Source: Veleropilina oligotropha
Lineage: Eukaryota
Assembly: GCA_048128005.1 (NCBI GenBank)
Contig: JBEUKZ010000032.1
Span: 248,001-312,000 of the forward strand
Direction: 5' to 3'
Length of the DNA: 64,000 bases
Positions within the stretch are counted from its first letter, which is position 1. Every line of letters begins with the position of its first letter. A model generated the notes under the pieces. The model did no database searches. It was not told where the DNA came from and saw only the letters and a list, made by a program, of their open reading frames with translations. Positions 43,931-57,388 of the stretch are shown in pieces. The position numbers and the translations under genes were made by a program.

Positions 43931-46046
43931 TGAGAAATCCTTTCTTAGCAAGGGATCGTTCGATAACCGCCAGGCGTGTAAACGTAAGTCGTTCGGCGAT
44001 GGATGTAGTACACGGGTGCGCAGCTGCATTAACAGGTCCGGTCTCTGCGGGAGCGCTAACGGTCGATCGACGATCAGATCGAGGAGGGTCGGAAACCAAG
44101 GTTGCGTGCAATACAGGGGCGCGATTAGCGTTATCTCGCAACGTTCGTTCGATGCCTTCTGTAATACCAGTGTCAGAATGCACGACGGGGGGAAGGCATA
44201 CGCGGACAGATTCTCCCATGTCATTGACAGTGCGTCGACCGCTAGGGCGGCCGGGTCCGGGTACGGGGAGACATACAGAGGTAGTCGGTAATTGAATTCT
44301 GTTGCAAACAGATCGACTTGGGGTTGCGACCACCGGCGGCAAACGTCCCGAGCTACTCGGCTGTGTAGCGTCCACTCTGTGTGTATTATCTGTGATTTCC
44401 GAGAGAGCGAATCCGCTCCGACATTCAGCTTTCCCGGGATGTGTCGGGCTCGAATCGTCGAGTTGAGGGACATCACTAGGCGGTGTAGGTCTATTGCTCG
44501 GTCGCAAAGGGGACGCGAGCGAGTGCCGCCCTGGTGCTGGATGTAAGCGACGACAGTCGTGTTGTCCGTGGCGAGCATTATGTGCTTGTTGCGGAGATGT
44601 GACGAGAGGGACCGTACTGACAGGTAGACGGCTTCTAACTCTAGGAAGTTGATATGTCGTCCCTGAAGGTCCGTCGGCCATAGGCCTGATGTCTCGTAAC
44701 TGTAGAGGTGACCACCCCAGCCGTCGTTCGAAGCGTCTGTGAACAGGTAAGCGTTCGGCTCTGGCGGGGATATAGGAACCGACTGGTCCGGCAAAGCAGG
44801 GTTCAACCACACTGCTGTTGTGCTGGTAAACCAATGCCGTAGATCGATGCGATCCGTCCACTGCCCCGTCCGTTGTATCCAGCGATCCCTGAACGCCTGT
44901 TGTAACCGACTCGATGTGCCCCAGGACAGTGGCCAGTTGTCGCGCTGTAGTTATGTCCGATGACAGGGTGTCTTGGATAACCGCGCGTAGGTTCCGTATA
45001 CGCTTCTGGGTCGGCTTCGCGGTGTACCGGACCGTATCGAAGTCGACTCCGAGGAACGTAAACGTCGTCGAGGGCACGAAGCAGGATTTTGTCTCGTTGA
45101 TCTGAAATCCCAGGTGCTTCGTCGATGACAGGGTAAAGCTCGTAGACCGGAGGCACAGATCCCGGGACGCCCCGAGGATCAGCCAGTCGTCGAGGTACAT
45201 ATGTACCCTGTGCCCTAGAGAGTGTAGGAAGGCCCCTAGGGCCTGTACTGTTCTCGTGAAGACGTAAGGGGCTGACGATAGACCGAACGGTAGGCACCTG
45301 AATTGGTAGATCGTCTCCCCGTGTATAAACCGAAGGTACTGATGAGCCGTGACATGCATCGGGACATGCAGATACGCGTCGGTCAGATCGATAGACGCTG
45401 CCCAGTCGCCCGGACGGATGGCCGCTCGAATCTTCGAGAGGGTTTCTTGCTGGAATTTCTCGGTACGAAGATATCGGTTGAGATACGAGAGATCGAGGAT
45501 CGGTCGCCAGCGGCCATCGGGTTTCGGGACCAGGAAGAAATGGCTGTAAAATCCTGGTGTGCTGGGCGGCGCGGGATATATCGCTCCTTTGAGGAGCAAA
45601 TCCCGCACTGCCTGGTCTAAGACCGCTTGTTTCTCTCCGTTTAGGAGGCGAGCGTGTCTTGGTGGTGGTGCCTCGGTTAAGGTCGGATGCCGGTTGAATG
45701 CCAACTTGTATCCGGCACGCACGACTAAATGGACCCAGCTGCTGTCTGTTAGCTCTAGCCACGACTGGCTGTACGCTAACAGACACGCTCCCACCGGCGG
45801 AAGCGGGCAGCTGGGACCGTCGCGAATGCCGGCAGCCCTAGGGCCGAGGCTTCCCTCTCCCGCTCTGCTTACGGGATTTCGCTGGAGGTGCTTGCCTCTT
45901 CGGAGTGGGTTTATTGGCCGGAGGCCTACCACCCGAAGAGGGCTTCGCACGCTTAGAAGGCTTCGGGGCCCGGGTGGGCCCTGAGCGCTTCCTCGAGTCG
46001 GCAGGTGGACCCCGAACGGGGTGCAGTACCGCCTTCTCGATGGCAC
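43806..46046 (-). pseudogene. DIRS copy 2 RT-RNaseH-MT, broken by a 41-bp deletion near 44906
   Basis: YLDD present; GGTCTTTTGTCC...GGCGCTAC of copy 1 (15780-15820) is missing. Confidence 0.88.
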
Positions 46047-48123
46047 GGTCCTTCATATCCGCCGCTCTCTTGTCGACGAACTCCGAAAAGTTGTCACCAA
46101 AGAGAGTGGTGGCCGAGCAAGGCACGCATCGCAACGAGCGCCGGGTGGCCTCGTCTAGCGAGGTGCCTTCCAGGCAAGCATCCCTACGAAGTAGGAGTGC
46201 ATTGCCCAGGACACGTCCCGTCTCCAACGCGCTGGTCTCCTGCGCGGCAGCAACCTCCTGGAGGAAGGACAGGGCAGCCTCACAGGCGCCGGGTCCATCC
46301 TCCTGTAGTACGGCTATCGCGCCGTCCAAGAAAAAATCCTGAACAGACGATAGCCGTAGAGCACGTCGGGCGGCGCTCTCGAAAGCTACCAAGGCGGACC
46401 AAGGAACTTTCGCCACGGAGGGAGTGTGACTGGCGGTCAGTCGACGCAACGAAGCGTCTCCATGAGCCGGCTCAGTCGCCAGGCACGGACCAGTACAAGC
46501 GAACGGGATCGAACGCGAACTGGCCCGGAGGTACCTCCCACTACGGAACCCCGAAGAGAACTCGTTCAGCGGGGAGGACTCCACCGGATTGCGCCCCTGA
46601 ATGAGCTTGGTTGTCGAGTCGACGACAAGATCAACCAGCCCAGACTGAGGTAAGGAGGGGAGCTCGGGGGCTTCCCTCTCAACAAACCGATGTGCTGCCG
46701 TCCTGTGCTTGGCTGAACCTACGGCCGACCGAGTCGGTTCCGGCAGGCCAAGCACCCCGCGAAGTGACGCAACGGCGTCGAGCCTTCGGCGGGTGGAGGA
46801 GGTCGGCTCCTGCGTGCCTGAAAGACTTGCGTCTTCGGGCCCGACCGATTCAGGGAGGTCGGAGTGATTGGAATCGAGGTCCTCGTCGGAACGAGGGTCG
46901 ATGTCCATCACGGAGGCAGGAGCCGTGCTCTGCGCCATGGGCAGATGTGTAGGTACCAGGCGCGGCTGGGGAGCCATCGGCCAGGCCTTACACTGTTCCT
47001 CGATCCCCGCTGCGATCCATGCCTGGACGTTCTCCAAAGAGAAACCCTGAGGCAGGACGGGCGTCGAACTAACAGCCGGTAGTTCAGTCGAGGAAACCGT
47101 GGCGCTAGGTAGACGGGCTGCATAGACAGGTGGGGCCGAGGACCAGGGTCCTAGGGCACTTGTCGAGGGGTCGAACCCGAAGGGCTGGCCCAAAGGCGCA
47201 GTCAGTGGGCCGGACGACCGGTAGGACTGCGGCAACAGTCCATATCGGTCTACCGCTCTGTTCGAGAGAGGCACGGTCGGAAAACCGCCGTAGAACCCCG
47301 TCCCGAACGCAGCCGGTCTGTCCACATTCTCTAGCGTGACCATCGTGGGTGCACGGGAAAGAACGGGCCCTCTGAATGTCTCGTGAGCTTCGAGGTTGAG
47401 CGGAAAACCCTTAGGGGCAGTCGCGTCGGTCTCGATCGAGGATTCAGGTGTCGCCGATTGTCCGGATCTTAGACCTTCGAAAAGGTGCCCGGCCTCTTTA
47501 AAGGCTTTCTCATTGGGTCGCTCCCCGTCGTTAAACGGAGAGTTTCCCGCAGAAGGACTAACTGTCCCCTTATTCTTCGAGGCCGAAGAATAGGGAGGGG
47601 ATTGTCTGCCCTGTTCAGCTGTTCTCTGCGCTGCCAGATATACCTTGCTAGCCGGCAAGGTATGGTTGGCTGCAGCTACTAGGCCCGTTTGAGGAGGAAC
47701 GGTCGGCACTCGGGCCGTTACCTGAATCTGGGGTCCCGGCAAGGTTTCGGTGACTCCCCCAAGAGTCGCGGAGGTTTCGCCGGTGGATCCGGCGACAGAC
47801 GGCCCCTTATGTCGGCTGTCGTCCAGCGTCCCTGAAGCAGACAAAGAAGAAACGTTATCCCTTACGGAACCCCTAAGGGAACTCGTTAACTTACCAGTCT
47901 CTTCCTGACCCTTCTCCGGGGGAGGACCCAACGTGGCAGTCGCCCTGGTCGACTTACCCTGGTGGGATAGAACCGCCCACTGCTTGTCTGATAAAAGAAG
48001 GCACAGATCACATTGAAGTTTAAGACTACAAGTACGGTGAATACGGCATTCCGTGTGCTTATCAAAACCGTGAATTTTCTGGTTACACCCGGAGCTACTG
48101 CACCGGACCATAGCTAAATACAC
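45838..48123 (-). CDS. DIRS copy 2 gag-like ORF1 (761 aa, intact)
   Basis: Highly similar to 16752-19013. Confidence 0.85.
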   Translation of the reverse strand: MYLAMVRCSSSGCNQKIHGFDKHTECRIHRTCSLKLQCDLCLLLSDKQWAVLSHQGKSTRATATLGPPPEKGQEETGKLTSSLRGSVRDNVSSLSASGTLDDSRHKGPSVAGSTGETSATLGGVTETLPGPQIQVTARVPTVPPQTGLVAAANHTLPASKVYLAAQRTAEQGRQSPPYSSASKNKGTVSPSAGNSPFNDGERPNEKAFKEAGHLFEGLRSGQSATPESSIETDATAPKGFPLNLEAHETFRGPVLSRAPTMVTLENVDRPAAFGTGFYGGFPTVPLSNRAVDRYGLLPQSYRSSGPLTAPLGQPFGFDPSTSALGPWSSAPPVYAARLPSATVSSTELPAVSSTPVLPQGFSLENVQAWIAAGIEEQCKAWPMAPQPRLVPTHLPMAQSTAPASVMDIDPRSDEDLDSNHSDLPESVGPEDASLSGTQEPTSSTRRRLDAVASLRGVLGLPEPTRSAVGSAKHRTAAHRFVEREAPELPSLPQSGLVDLVVDSTTKLIQGRNPVESSPLNEFSSGFRSGRYLRASSRSIPFACTGPCLATEPAHGDASLRRLTASHTPSVAKVPWSALVAFESAARRALRLSSVQDFFLDGAIAVLQEDGPGACEAALSFLQEVAAAQETSALETGRVLGNALLLRRDACLEGTSLDEATRRSLRCVPCSATTLFGDNFSEFVDKRAADMKDRAIEKAVLHPVRGPPADSRKRSGPTRAPKPSKRAKPSSGGRPPANKPTPKRQAPPAKSRKQSGRGKPRP

Positions 48124-50494
48124 GGGAGGGTGGTAGTGGGTAGACGGGGTAGGTAAATAGGTATATATATGGTAGTTGTGACTTTTACTACAACAACTCT
48201 CAAAATTGCCCTGATCTGAAGATCAAAGATCAGGCGATATACCGCAAAAAACCCCGAACTGGGAACACCGAGGCCGGGTAATAACCCGGCACGACCCGGT
48301 AAAAAACCCGGCAAATTGACTAAAACAAACGGGGGTTCTTTCTTAGAAAAAACCCGCCCGAAAAACACCTAAAAACCTCGTGGATGTTTTTATGTTAGTA
48401 CAACAGTACAATGGCGTATTATCCCAGAAACGGCAGGATATCAGAAAAACGCAAGCGTGATATCAAAACGATCCTGCCTATTAACGACGCTAGAAATTTT
48501 ATACAATAATAACCAGCAATAGCGTCGTTAAGGAATTATCCAATATAATGAGTTAACTGTTTGCAGTCTCAAACAATATCAGATAAATATACCGACCAGA
48601 AATTTCTTCTTATTACACGAAACTTCCCCTCTGAGCGGCCATGCTTTTCCGTGCAACAGCGGCGATGTCGGTTTCACTTGATGTCAGAACTTCTCGAAGT
48701 TTAGAATCACAATCTATCCTTATTCACTTGTGTTTTGTCTATCCACAACACAGTGTATATTCCACAGTATATAACTAAAGATAAGTTATAATAGCGTCCT
48801 CGATTTAAACATGTAAATCGCAGACAAATTCGAAATATTTGCGGAGCAAAAAACACGTCTTTCCGTCTCGGCGGAAAACTTTGAATTGAGGTCTTGTGAT
48901 CTCGAGCTCGGATATCTCACGAGACTTGGCGAGATCTCGCCGGGGGAACTTAGAGAGCGGGAGCAGGGGAGGTAATCGTAGTACGTTTTGACTTAATAAG
49001 TGCCTAAATGTGACTTTATTCACTGTTTCCGGTTGGCGATAATATGACTATTATGGCAAGAGTAAGGACGTAAGTAGTTTGTAACTATATACAACAGTAC
49101 TGCAATATATGTGTATTACCGATAGCTAAACCGTGGTATATATATCATTTAACTGGTTATATCGTGCACTCCTACAGTCCTATGACATTGTTATTTGTAG
49201 CTAATAATTAAGGTGTATACAGGCATTGTAGAAAAAATTAGCATGCAACACTTCCAGGTGTCAAAGGTTAAAGATGCTTCCTTGGAATATTCATACATCT
49301 TGACTCGCACGGACAGGAGGATTAAATAAAACTCAGCAAGATTTACTCGCACGGACAAGAGGATTAAATAAAACTCAGCAAGATAAAGCCTGATCAAAGC
49401 TAATTAGTGCCAAGACAGGTCAGTGGTCTTGTTATCTCCTGCACTAAACACAACAATTTGTATTGAAATAGCTACTACTTTCCAGGGAAACTATTGTGGA
49501 AGGTTCGCCGACCGACAGATATAGCCTTGGGACATTAGGATGGTAAAATATATGTCATATTACCTGCAAATGATCAGATGCCATCAGGCATTAAAATGGA
49601 TAGGTCTGGCACATAAGTGAATCTCATTGTGAATAGCTGGGGTCTGGAGTTCTGGCGTCGCGATAATCACATGTAATCACATCTATCAGTCGATCTCCGA
49701 TGGTAGGTGATTATCGTGTGCAGCAGAAAATCTATAGCTGCCCATGATGGAATGCAGTGCAACAATGAAAACCAAGAGCATAAACCAAATATTATTATGA
49801 TTTACGTCAAAATCAATACGTCATAATTTCTATGCAGTCGAATCCTGGAGTCCGAGTGGATATGTTGATTATGGTTGACAATTGAGTGCTGTTTGATCAG
49901 CCTGCGCGATCTATCGGGTCATACATTTGACATGGAGAACACAAACCATTGGTGGTCAAGCTGAACTCAGCAAAACAGATACACATTCAGATTAATAAAT
50001 AAGTGAAAGTGGATAGAAGAAATCAACCAGACACATACAAATAATCAAAGATGTAAACAATTGGTACGGAATAGCAAAAATAAGGTTGCACAGAGAACTG
50101 AGTAAAGAAATAGGTCACATTGGGGTCATAAAGAAATGGATCATATTGGGGTCAGCCTCATGAATAAATGGTTAACGTAAATTATCACTTGTGGGTGGAT
50201 ATTGGGGAATTGTACTTGTAAGTCAATTGGTTGGAAATAATGTCTATCCCACTATCGCACGATTTTGCGAAGATGTGATCGATATATGATCAAATGATAG
50301 ATTTTTATTGAAATTACTAAAGGAAATGGGCAATATATATATTATTGTCAAAGAGAAAGCTATCTTACTTGATGAGCAGAAGCCTACGCAACGTGGCTCC
50401 AACTTGACCAATTGGAAATGAAACTCGGTGCGAGCTTACTTGAAGAGCAGAAACCTACGCAACGTGGCTCCAACTTGGTCAATTGGAAATGTCA

Positions 50495-51408
50495 CTCATT
50501 GAGTGAGTGTGTGGTGATGGCCGAGCGGTATTCGGGTATGATGCTGTGTCACAGATCTCATTGAGTGTGTTTTGATGGACGAGCGGTATTCGGGTATGAT
50601 GCTGGGTCACAGATCTCATTGAGTGTGTGGTGCTGGACGAGGGGTATTCTGGTATGATGCTGGGTCACAGATCTCATTGAGTCGGTGTGTGGTGATGGAC
50701 GAGCGGTATTCTGGTATGATGCTGGGTCACAGATCTCATTGAGTGAGTGTGTGGTGATGGACGAGCGGTATTCGGGTATGATGCTGGGTCACAGATCTCA
50801 TTGAGTCAGTGTGTGGTGATGGACGAGCGGTATTCTGGTATGATGCTGGGTCACAGATCTCATTGAGTCAGTGTGTGGTGATGGACGAGCGGTATTCTGG
50901 TATGATGCTGGGTCACAGATCTCATTGAGTCAGTGTGTGGTGATGGACGAGTGGTATTCTGGTATAATGCTGGGTCACAGATCTCATTGGGTCAGTGTGT
51001 GGTGATGGACGAGTGGTATTCGGGTATGATGCTGGGTCACATCTCATTGGGTCGGTGTGTGGTGATGGACGAGTGGTATTTGGGTATGATGCTGGGTCAC
51101 ATCTCATTGGGTCGGTGTGTGGTGATGGACGAGCGGTATTCGGGTATGATGCTGGGTCACAGATCTCATCGAGTGTGTGGTGATAGACGAGCGGTATTCG
51201 GGTATGATGCTGGGTCACAGATCTCATTGGGTGAGTGTGTGGTGATGGACGAGCGGTATTCAGGTATGATGCTGGTCACAGATCTCATTGAGTGTGTGGT
51301 GATGGATGAGCCGGTATTCGGGTATGATGCTGGGTCACAGATCTCATTGAGTGTGTGGTGATGGACGAGCGGTATTTGGGTATGATGCTGGGTCACAGAT
51401 CTCATTGA
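50495..51408. repeat. Minisatellite, ~58-62-bp unit, about 15 copies
   Basis: GTGTGGTGATGGACGAGCGGTATTCGGGTATGATGCTGGGTCACAGATCTCATTGA repeated head to tail. Confidence 0.95.
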
Positions 51409-51732
51409 TTCTGATTTTCGACACCTAAAACTGCTACTAGTAGCTTCAGTTCATGTTATTACAACCTTAACAGTATCACAGAATTAAGCACTGTGACAAC
51501 AATCGGTGATTATTCAAGCTATCAAATTGAAATGAAGTCTGGTTAATTGGTGGTACATTGTAAATATTGTTGATGTAATAGTGCCTCATAGCTCTCCAAA
51601 GAGCTTGATTTAATAACATTGAACATGATACATTCCCATTAAATTTAATTAGAATGAATTTCAATTGTCAACCTGGAACGTGACACTACATAAGAATAAT
51701 ATAATTATATTGAAGATGTTTAATAATGTATA

Positions 51733-52354
51733 CCGTATTTGACTGTTTAAGCGCACACACCCTTTTCTCGTGTCCAGATACATTTATAAATTTATGTGAA
51801 TTCCACGAACAACCGAGTGAAATTCAAAGGTACTCTAAGCGATTTCAGATGGTTTGCCGATGCCATGCTTTTCTGCACATTCGCCGAGCTTACCCCCAAT
51901 ACAGAAATGAGGTTACAGTGAAGTCATATGGATGGGACCAGTCATTTAATGCTTGAATGGATGTATACCCATTCCTACTCCTATTATTATCGGATATGTT
52001 TTAGAAAATGAACGGTCCCTGTATTCTTAGCAAATCACGTGACATCGATATTGATTTTGTTCGTTGGAAGCTCCCACAGCAAGACCATTTTAACTGCTGA
52101 TAAGATTGTTTTTGTATTGAGTAACAATGTTTACAAATGATTTACCGTAGATAGTAGTTCTTGTCAGAATAAATTGGCGTTCATTTTACAAAGCAGATGT
52201 TTTTTTGTTGTTGCAAAGTGCCGTTCGAAACTGACGTCAGGAGGAAAGCAGAGATTTTTTACTTCTGCCTTGACATGTGCGCTTAAAAGAAACAAAAATT
52301 TTATAGGAAATTTAATTTTATTACTGCACTGTGCGCTTAAACGGTAGAATACGG
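51733..52354. mobile_element. Tc1/mariner-type MITE
   Basis: TA|CCGTATTTGACTGTTTAAGCGCACA ... TGTGCGCTTAAACGGTAGAATACGG|TA. Confidence 0.7.
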
Positions 52355-53189
52355 TAGGTATTTTGCACTACATAATAATATATGATATGATAGTCGAGTT
52401 GGGTACCATGAACTTTTGAGTGCCGAGATCTATTATTTTTTCACGTTTGTGTTTAACGGTATATCAACATCATGCTGTATGTGAGCAATAATTTATTGGT
52501 ACATGTACTAAGTATTCCTTCATGGTATAATGTCAAAATATAACCAAAATATTATGATACATTTTAAGTGCAATTGGGGTGAAGTTTTTCACAAGTTTTT
52601 TTTGTGACATAAACATGAACAAGACTACATACGCTAATTTTATGTCTACGATGGCTCATACAATTTTATGTGAAACATGGCCTCGAATCTTAGTTACAAA
52701 GAAAAATCTCTGACAGTGGAACAAATTTTCTCAGATTACAATTCAGAGACCTGAGAGCAAAACGTACTCCAACTTTACTGACAGCCGCTGACGTTTGTCA
52801 AACTTTGAAAATGAAAACAACAAATATGGCGGTTGGGGTTAATGAAAATGATGGAATGCACGGAATTTATACCGAAATAGGCAAATCATTAAATAAAGTG
52901 TTGACAAGACTCAAGTATGGTTCGAAACTAAATGCGCACTGCACATTTTGTTCCGTTCCGGATTTTGTCAAAATCATAATTTACATATCACGAATACGAA
53001 AATGAGGCGGATGAATTCAATCTGAGTTTGACAGTTAAACAATTGGGCTTAATTATGAATATTGACAATATAATTACCAAACGTTAACTGGTACGTATAA
53101 ACAAATGCGTACTTATGTTACATAAGCATTTACAATGCATTTTACTGTATTTTTAGCATTAACCGTCTGGACGAAATCCATCGGGAATC

Positions 53190-53821
53190 TGGGCCCCGTT
53201 TCACAAAAAATCGTAGTGTTCATAGAATCTTACGACAATTTTTGATTGGCTGTTTAAGTTTAAAAATTGTCGTAAGATTCTATTACGTCTTGTAGCCGAA
53301 TACCAGTCAATAGGGCGCAGTCAATCTACAAAATAATTTAAATAGTTGCGGTCAATAGGGCGTACTGCTAATGCAGGGATTTTCCTGACCGTGACGCAGG
53401 AATTTTGCGAAATGAGGTGTCGCAGGACCAGAAAAATTGTACACAATGCATCCAGAGGACGCTAAATAATAATTTACGGAAATAGTAAATAAATGGATGT
53501 AACTCTAACAGCGAGAAAATTCTCACCTCTGAATGTTCTAATCTAAAGGCGAAAATGTCAGATTTCAATAAAGTTGCTCTTGTTACTGGGGGTCATAACA
53601 TTTAGCCCTACCGAACGTTTAGTAAACTTTTATGAATTTGCATTAATGAATTTAAGTTAATTATGATTTTCTGATGATAAAATATGAAACTGTCAACATA
53701 AAAAATATATTAATGACAAAGTATGAAACGGTCACTAGGGCGCGCCCTATTGACCCCGCCCTATCGACTGTCTTCCTAGTAGCCTACGACTACGTCTACG
53801 ATTTTTTGTGAAATGGGGGCC
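53190..53821. mobile_element. MITE with a second nested TIR element (~53298-53775)
   Basis: Outer GGGCCCCGTTTCACAAAAAATCGTAG ... CTACGATTTTTTGTGAAATGGGGGC; inner CAGTCAATAGGGCG ... CGCCCTATCGACTG. Confidence 0.65.
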
Positions 53822-55001
53822 TGCTCGTCATAAAAGATGTTTCGGATATATGTGTAAGGGTTGGGAAGGAACGTCAACTCGGTGTCATATGTTACAGGAG
53901 TAGCCTACCGGTAGCTTACATAAATATATATAGGGCCTACTTATTAATTTATAAAAGTATTGACAAAAATGAAACGTGTTATGTTTGTATAATCCCAGTT
54001 TTAGTATAAAGTAATGCATTTCTGTTTCACACGACGTCCGCGACGATGCGAAAGTGTGTGGCATCAGTCGCATGATCAGTGCATCACAGACTGCGGCATA
54101 CAAAGACATTCCGCGAACCGTCAGATTCAGATCGCAGTGCCACTTTGTCAATAAAGTGATCGATCAATAATAATCGTCACCAAAAACTTCCACGTATCCA
54201 CTGTCAAACCATGACGAGGACAAAATCAGTACATTACCTAAATATCCCATACCACAGAGTGTGATAGTGCATCATGAACTAAATATTTAAATTCGTTGAA
54301 AATAAGTTCTTGGCTCACCTCAAAACAGTGGATATCTTACGGCCATCTTTTCGGTATTTTACCCAAGATGCCCTTTGTTTGTTAATATCATACGCGTTTA
54401 ATTAAAGCGAACATGCGGAATTAATATTAATTTACTGATGTCATAGCGATAAAATATAAATGATTAAATAGTGTAGTTGATTTAATCAAACTTTACTATT
54501 ATAAGTCTTATATCTTAATTGATGCAAGGGACACAAATCAATTTCCGGTTTACGTCACACAAATTCGTCTGCCACCTCATCGTGGAACTTCATATGTGTT
54601 TAAGTTTTTAAAGTGCAATAACAATGCATCCGGCAATACCAATGGGGCTAGTCTTCGTTGGTTGTACAAGCAATGTTGTATTTCTTGAACTCCTTGTTAG
54701 GTAAACGTAAAACACTGAATAAGGGCACTGAGTGGCAGTGAACACGCACCGACATCATGCAAGGGCAGATAATTCGATCGGTCAAACTGTCGGTACGCCG
54801 GCCGTGCCACTTCATCAGTTCATTATTTTCGTAATATCCACACGGCGGTTGTGTGAAAAAGCTTACACCTTAACAGCCATAGAAAATTTGAAATTACATG
54901 TGTTGGGCGGTATATATTTCGATACGGAATATCGCTCCAGGCTTTTATAAATCTGCGGTCACTTGAACTTGGAAGTCTTGTCTGTAATAGCACAGGGGCT
55001 T

Positions 55002-55586
55002 GGGCCCCGTTTCACACAATATCCTACGTGCGGTCGCAAGTCTTAAACTTGCGACAATCTTAAGATAATTTTAAGACCGTTTCACAAAGGTTATCGTACG
55101 TTTGTCGCAAGACGTAAATCTTGCGAAAAACGTAAGATTGTCGTTAGTAACTCTTCAAACTAAATGGTTAGAAAAGACCTTTATAGTTGATGCTGAATTG
55201 CGCATGTATCAAAGATTAACGTTCACACATACGATCTATGAATTATTATAATGCACCCGCTCAGCACAATAAAAACGACAGGATAGAAGATAAAATCTAT
55301 TATAAGACTATTTACCTTAATTTTAATCTAAAGCTGACTACCGTCCAAATATACGTCTTTCAGACATGCCTATTTTCAAAATAATGAATGGATTTCCGGG
55401 TCATTGTGTGTGTGGGGGGGGGGGGGGGGGGGGACTGGTCGAAAGTAGACTTACGTCTGCCTATACCCAGGCGTAGACTTGCGACGGACATGGGTCGTAA
55501 GATTTTATTTAAGATTTTTTGTGAATGCAAGCGAGATAGACAATCTTACGTCTAACACCGCACGTTACATTTTTTGTGAAACTGGC
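55002..55586. mobile_element. MITE related to the 53190 element; right TIR interrupted by a foldback
   Basis: GGGCCCCGTTTCACA ... TGTGAAACTGGC, with the remaining GGCCCC at 56065. Confidence 0.55.
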
Positions 55587-55588
55587 TA

Positions 55589-56064
55589 TGGATCGCTGCT
55601 TATCGTTCTTCTGTTAAAGTTTGATGATTAGCGCAGTTCACTGTATACCTATACAATATAGACAAGGGGGTTGCGTAAGACAGCGTGCTCTGCACTCGAC
55701 GCGATAACAAGACGAATAACCTACAAATTACGCATATTTTACACTCTGTGCTCTCGCATATCGATAACTTGTTTGTTTATAAACAGTATATTGAAATTAG
55801 TTGTTTTCAAGAGAAACTTAATGTTGTTTACAATAGTTAGGTAAATTAATTTTTCAATATACTGTTTGTTAAACAACCTAGTGATCGATACGTGAGAGCG
55901 CCGAGTGTAAAATACGTGTAATTTGTATGTTATTCATAATGTTATCGAGTCAAGGGTAGCACACGCTGTCTTAAGCGTCCCCCTCCCCCTTGTCTATATT
56001 ATATATCTACAGTGAACTGCGCTAATCATCAAACGTAAACAGACGAACGATAAGCAGCGATCCA
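55589..56064. mobile_element. ~475-bp foldback (long imperfect palindrome) element
   Basis: TGGATCGCTGCTTATCGTTC...GATGATTAGCGCAGTTCACTGTA mirrored by TACAGTGAACTGCGCTAATCATC...GAACGATAAGCAGCGATCCA. Confidence 0.85.
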
Positions 56065-57228
56065 GGCCCCTGTGGTTAAGTGTTATTGATTTTCACCTGA
56101 TTTCAATAATTGAATATAATTATGTATTAATTGATACATATTGTGTCAATAGTGAATAAATAAAATTTAGAATAACATTGCTGCGTTTAATGGTGAATTA
56201 TCTCAAAATTATTTTCCAAAGCCTTTGTGCGCTTACTGAACGCATTGTCGCTTCGAAAACGTTTTCCAAATGGCAGACTTTATCAACTTGATTTACTGAT
56301 CAACGATTCAAATGTGCTAATGATAACACCCTGGTGGCTGGGGCCGTGCCAATCAAGCAATTATCTCATTGCTGACCTTCAATGCTACTAGAGCTGGTAT
56401 GTGTTGTATATCACTACGGGACACGCCAACCCCGTGTCAAAGGGGTTGACACGCCAACCCTGTGTCATATGTTGACACTTCGTCCTGTAATACCGAGATT
56501 TTGATGAAATAAATATAGAACTTGAAAACGACTACATCGACATTTGTGGTAAAGTCCAATGTAAATCGCTGGGATAGTGTAGTTATCTACCCTTGCTGGA
56601 ATTTATCGCACACAGCAATTATACAAGTGTTAAAGCATCATAAAATGTCAGTAGAAATTATAAATTTAAGTATTTTCTTCTCAATTTACATATTATTTGG
56701 ATTAAGACACTGATTAGTAGTTTGTGACTCGTAGATTCCTCCAGTACATGCTTTATTGATAGTTGCGCCGCGAGTCACCTCAGAAGATTGTCCGCTGTTT
56801 CCAAAACATTTTTGGTTATATAACATTTTTTGAAAACACTTTGCCTATTGAACGGCAATAGATAAAGCATATCTGTTCGCTACAAAATGCAGGGAAGGTT
56901 GACTGCTTGAATACCATCATTGTAGGCAAATATTCCTGAATTATGTATTTGACATTCTATAATGAAGCTCAGGAAAGCTGTAGACGAAGACACCAATTGA
57001 ATTGTTCATAATTCATTCACAAACCATTCGTAACTGTGAAGGAAATAAATGTGTCATTACTAAAAGATTTTTTGTGAGAAATTCTTTACTTATTTTGGAC
57101 TCTTGCTCATTCAAATGCTATCTGAAATGTAATAGCTAAATGACCAATGTTATCTTGTTTATGTATCAAGTTTTGAGTGATTTGTACAAGCTTTGTGCAC
57201 AAGCAGTTAGTTGAACAGCTGTGAAATG

Positions 57229-57388
57229 TGGGCCATTCCAGTAATCGTTCATATCTATGATGGGCCATTCCAGTAATCGTTCATATCTATGATGGGCCAT
57301 TCCAGTAATCGTTCATATCTATGATGGGCCATTCCAGTAATCGTTCATATCTATGATGGGCCATTCCAGTAATCGTTCATATCTATGA
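57229..57388. repeat. 32-bp tandem repeat, 5 copies
   Basis: TGGGCCATTCCAGTAATCGTTCATATCTATGA x5. Confidence 0.95.

Larger units (their letters stand above)
41716..49091 (-). mobile_element. DIRS1-type retrotransposon, copy 2, full length with RT and YR frameshifts
   Basis: ITRs ~41748-41952 / 48877-49076; ICR 42012-42101; same organisation as copy 1. Confidence 0.95.

Noticed and set aside
50495..51408. Regular ~60-bp repeats resembling a CRISPR array
   Set aside because: Head-to-tail units without unique spacers, no cas genes, eukaryotic context; it is a minisatellite and its ORFs are artefacts
57229..57388. 32-bp repeat of CRISPR-like length
   Set aside because: Contiguous identical units with no spacers
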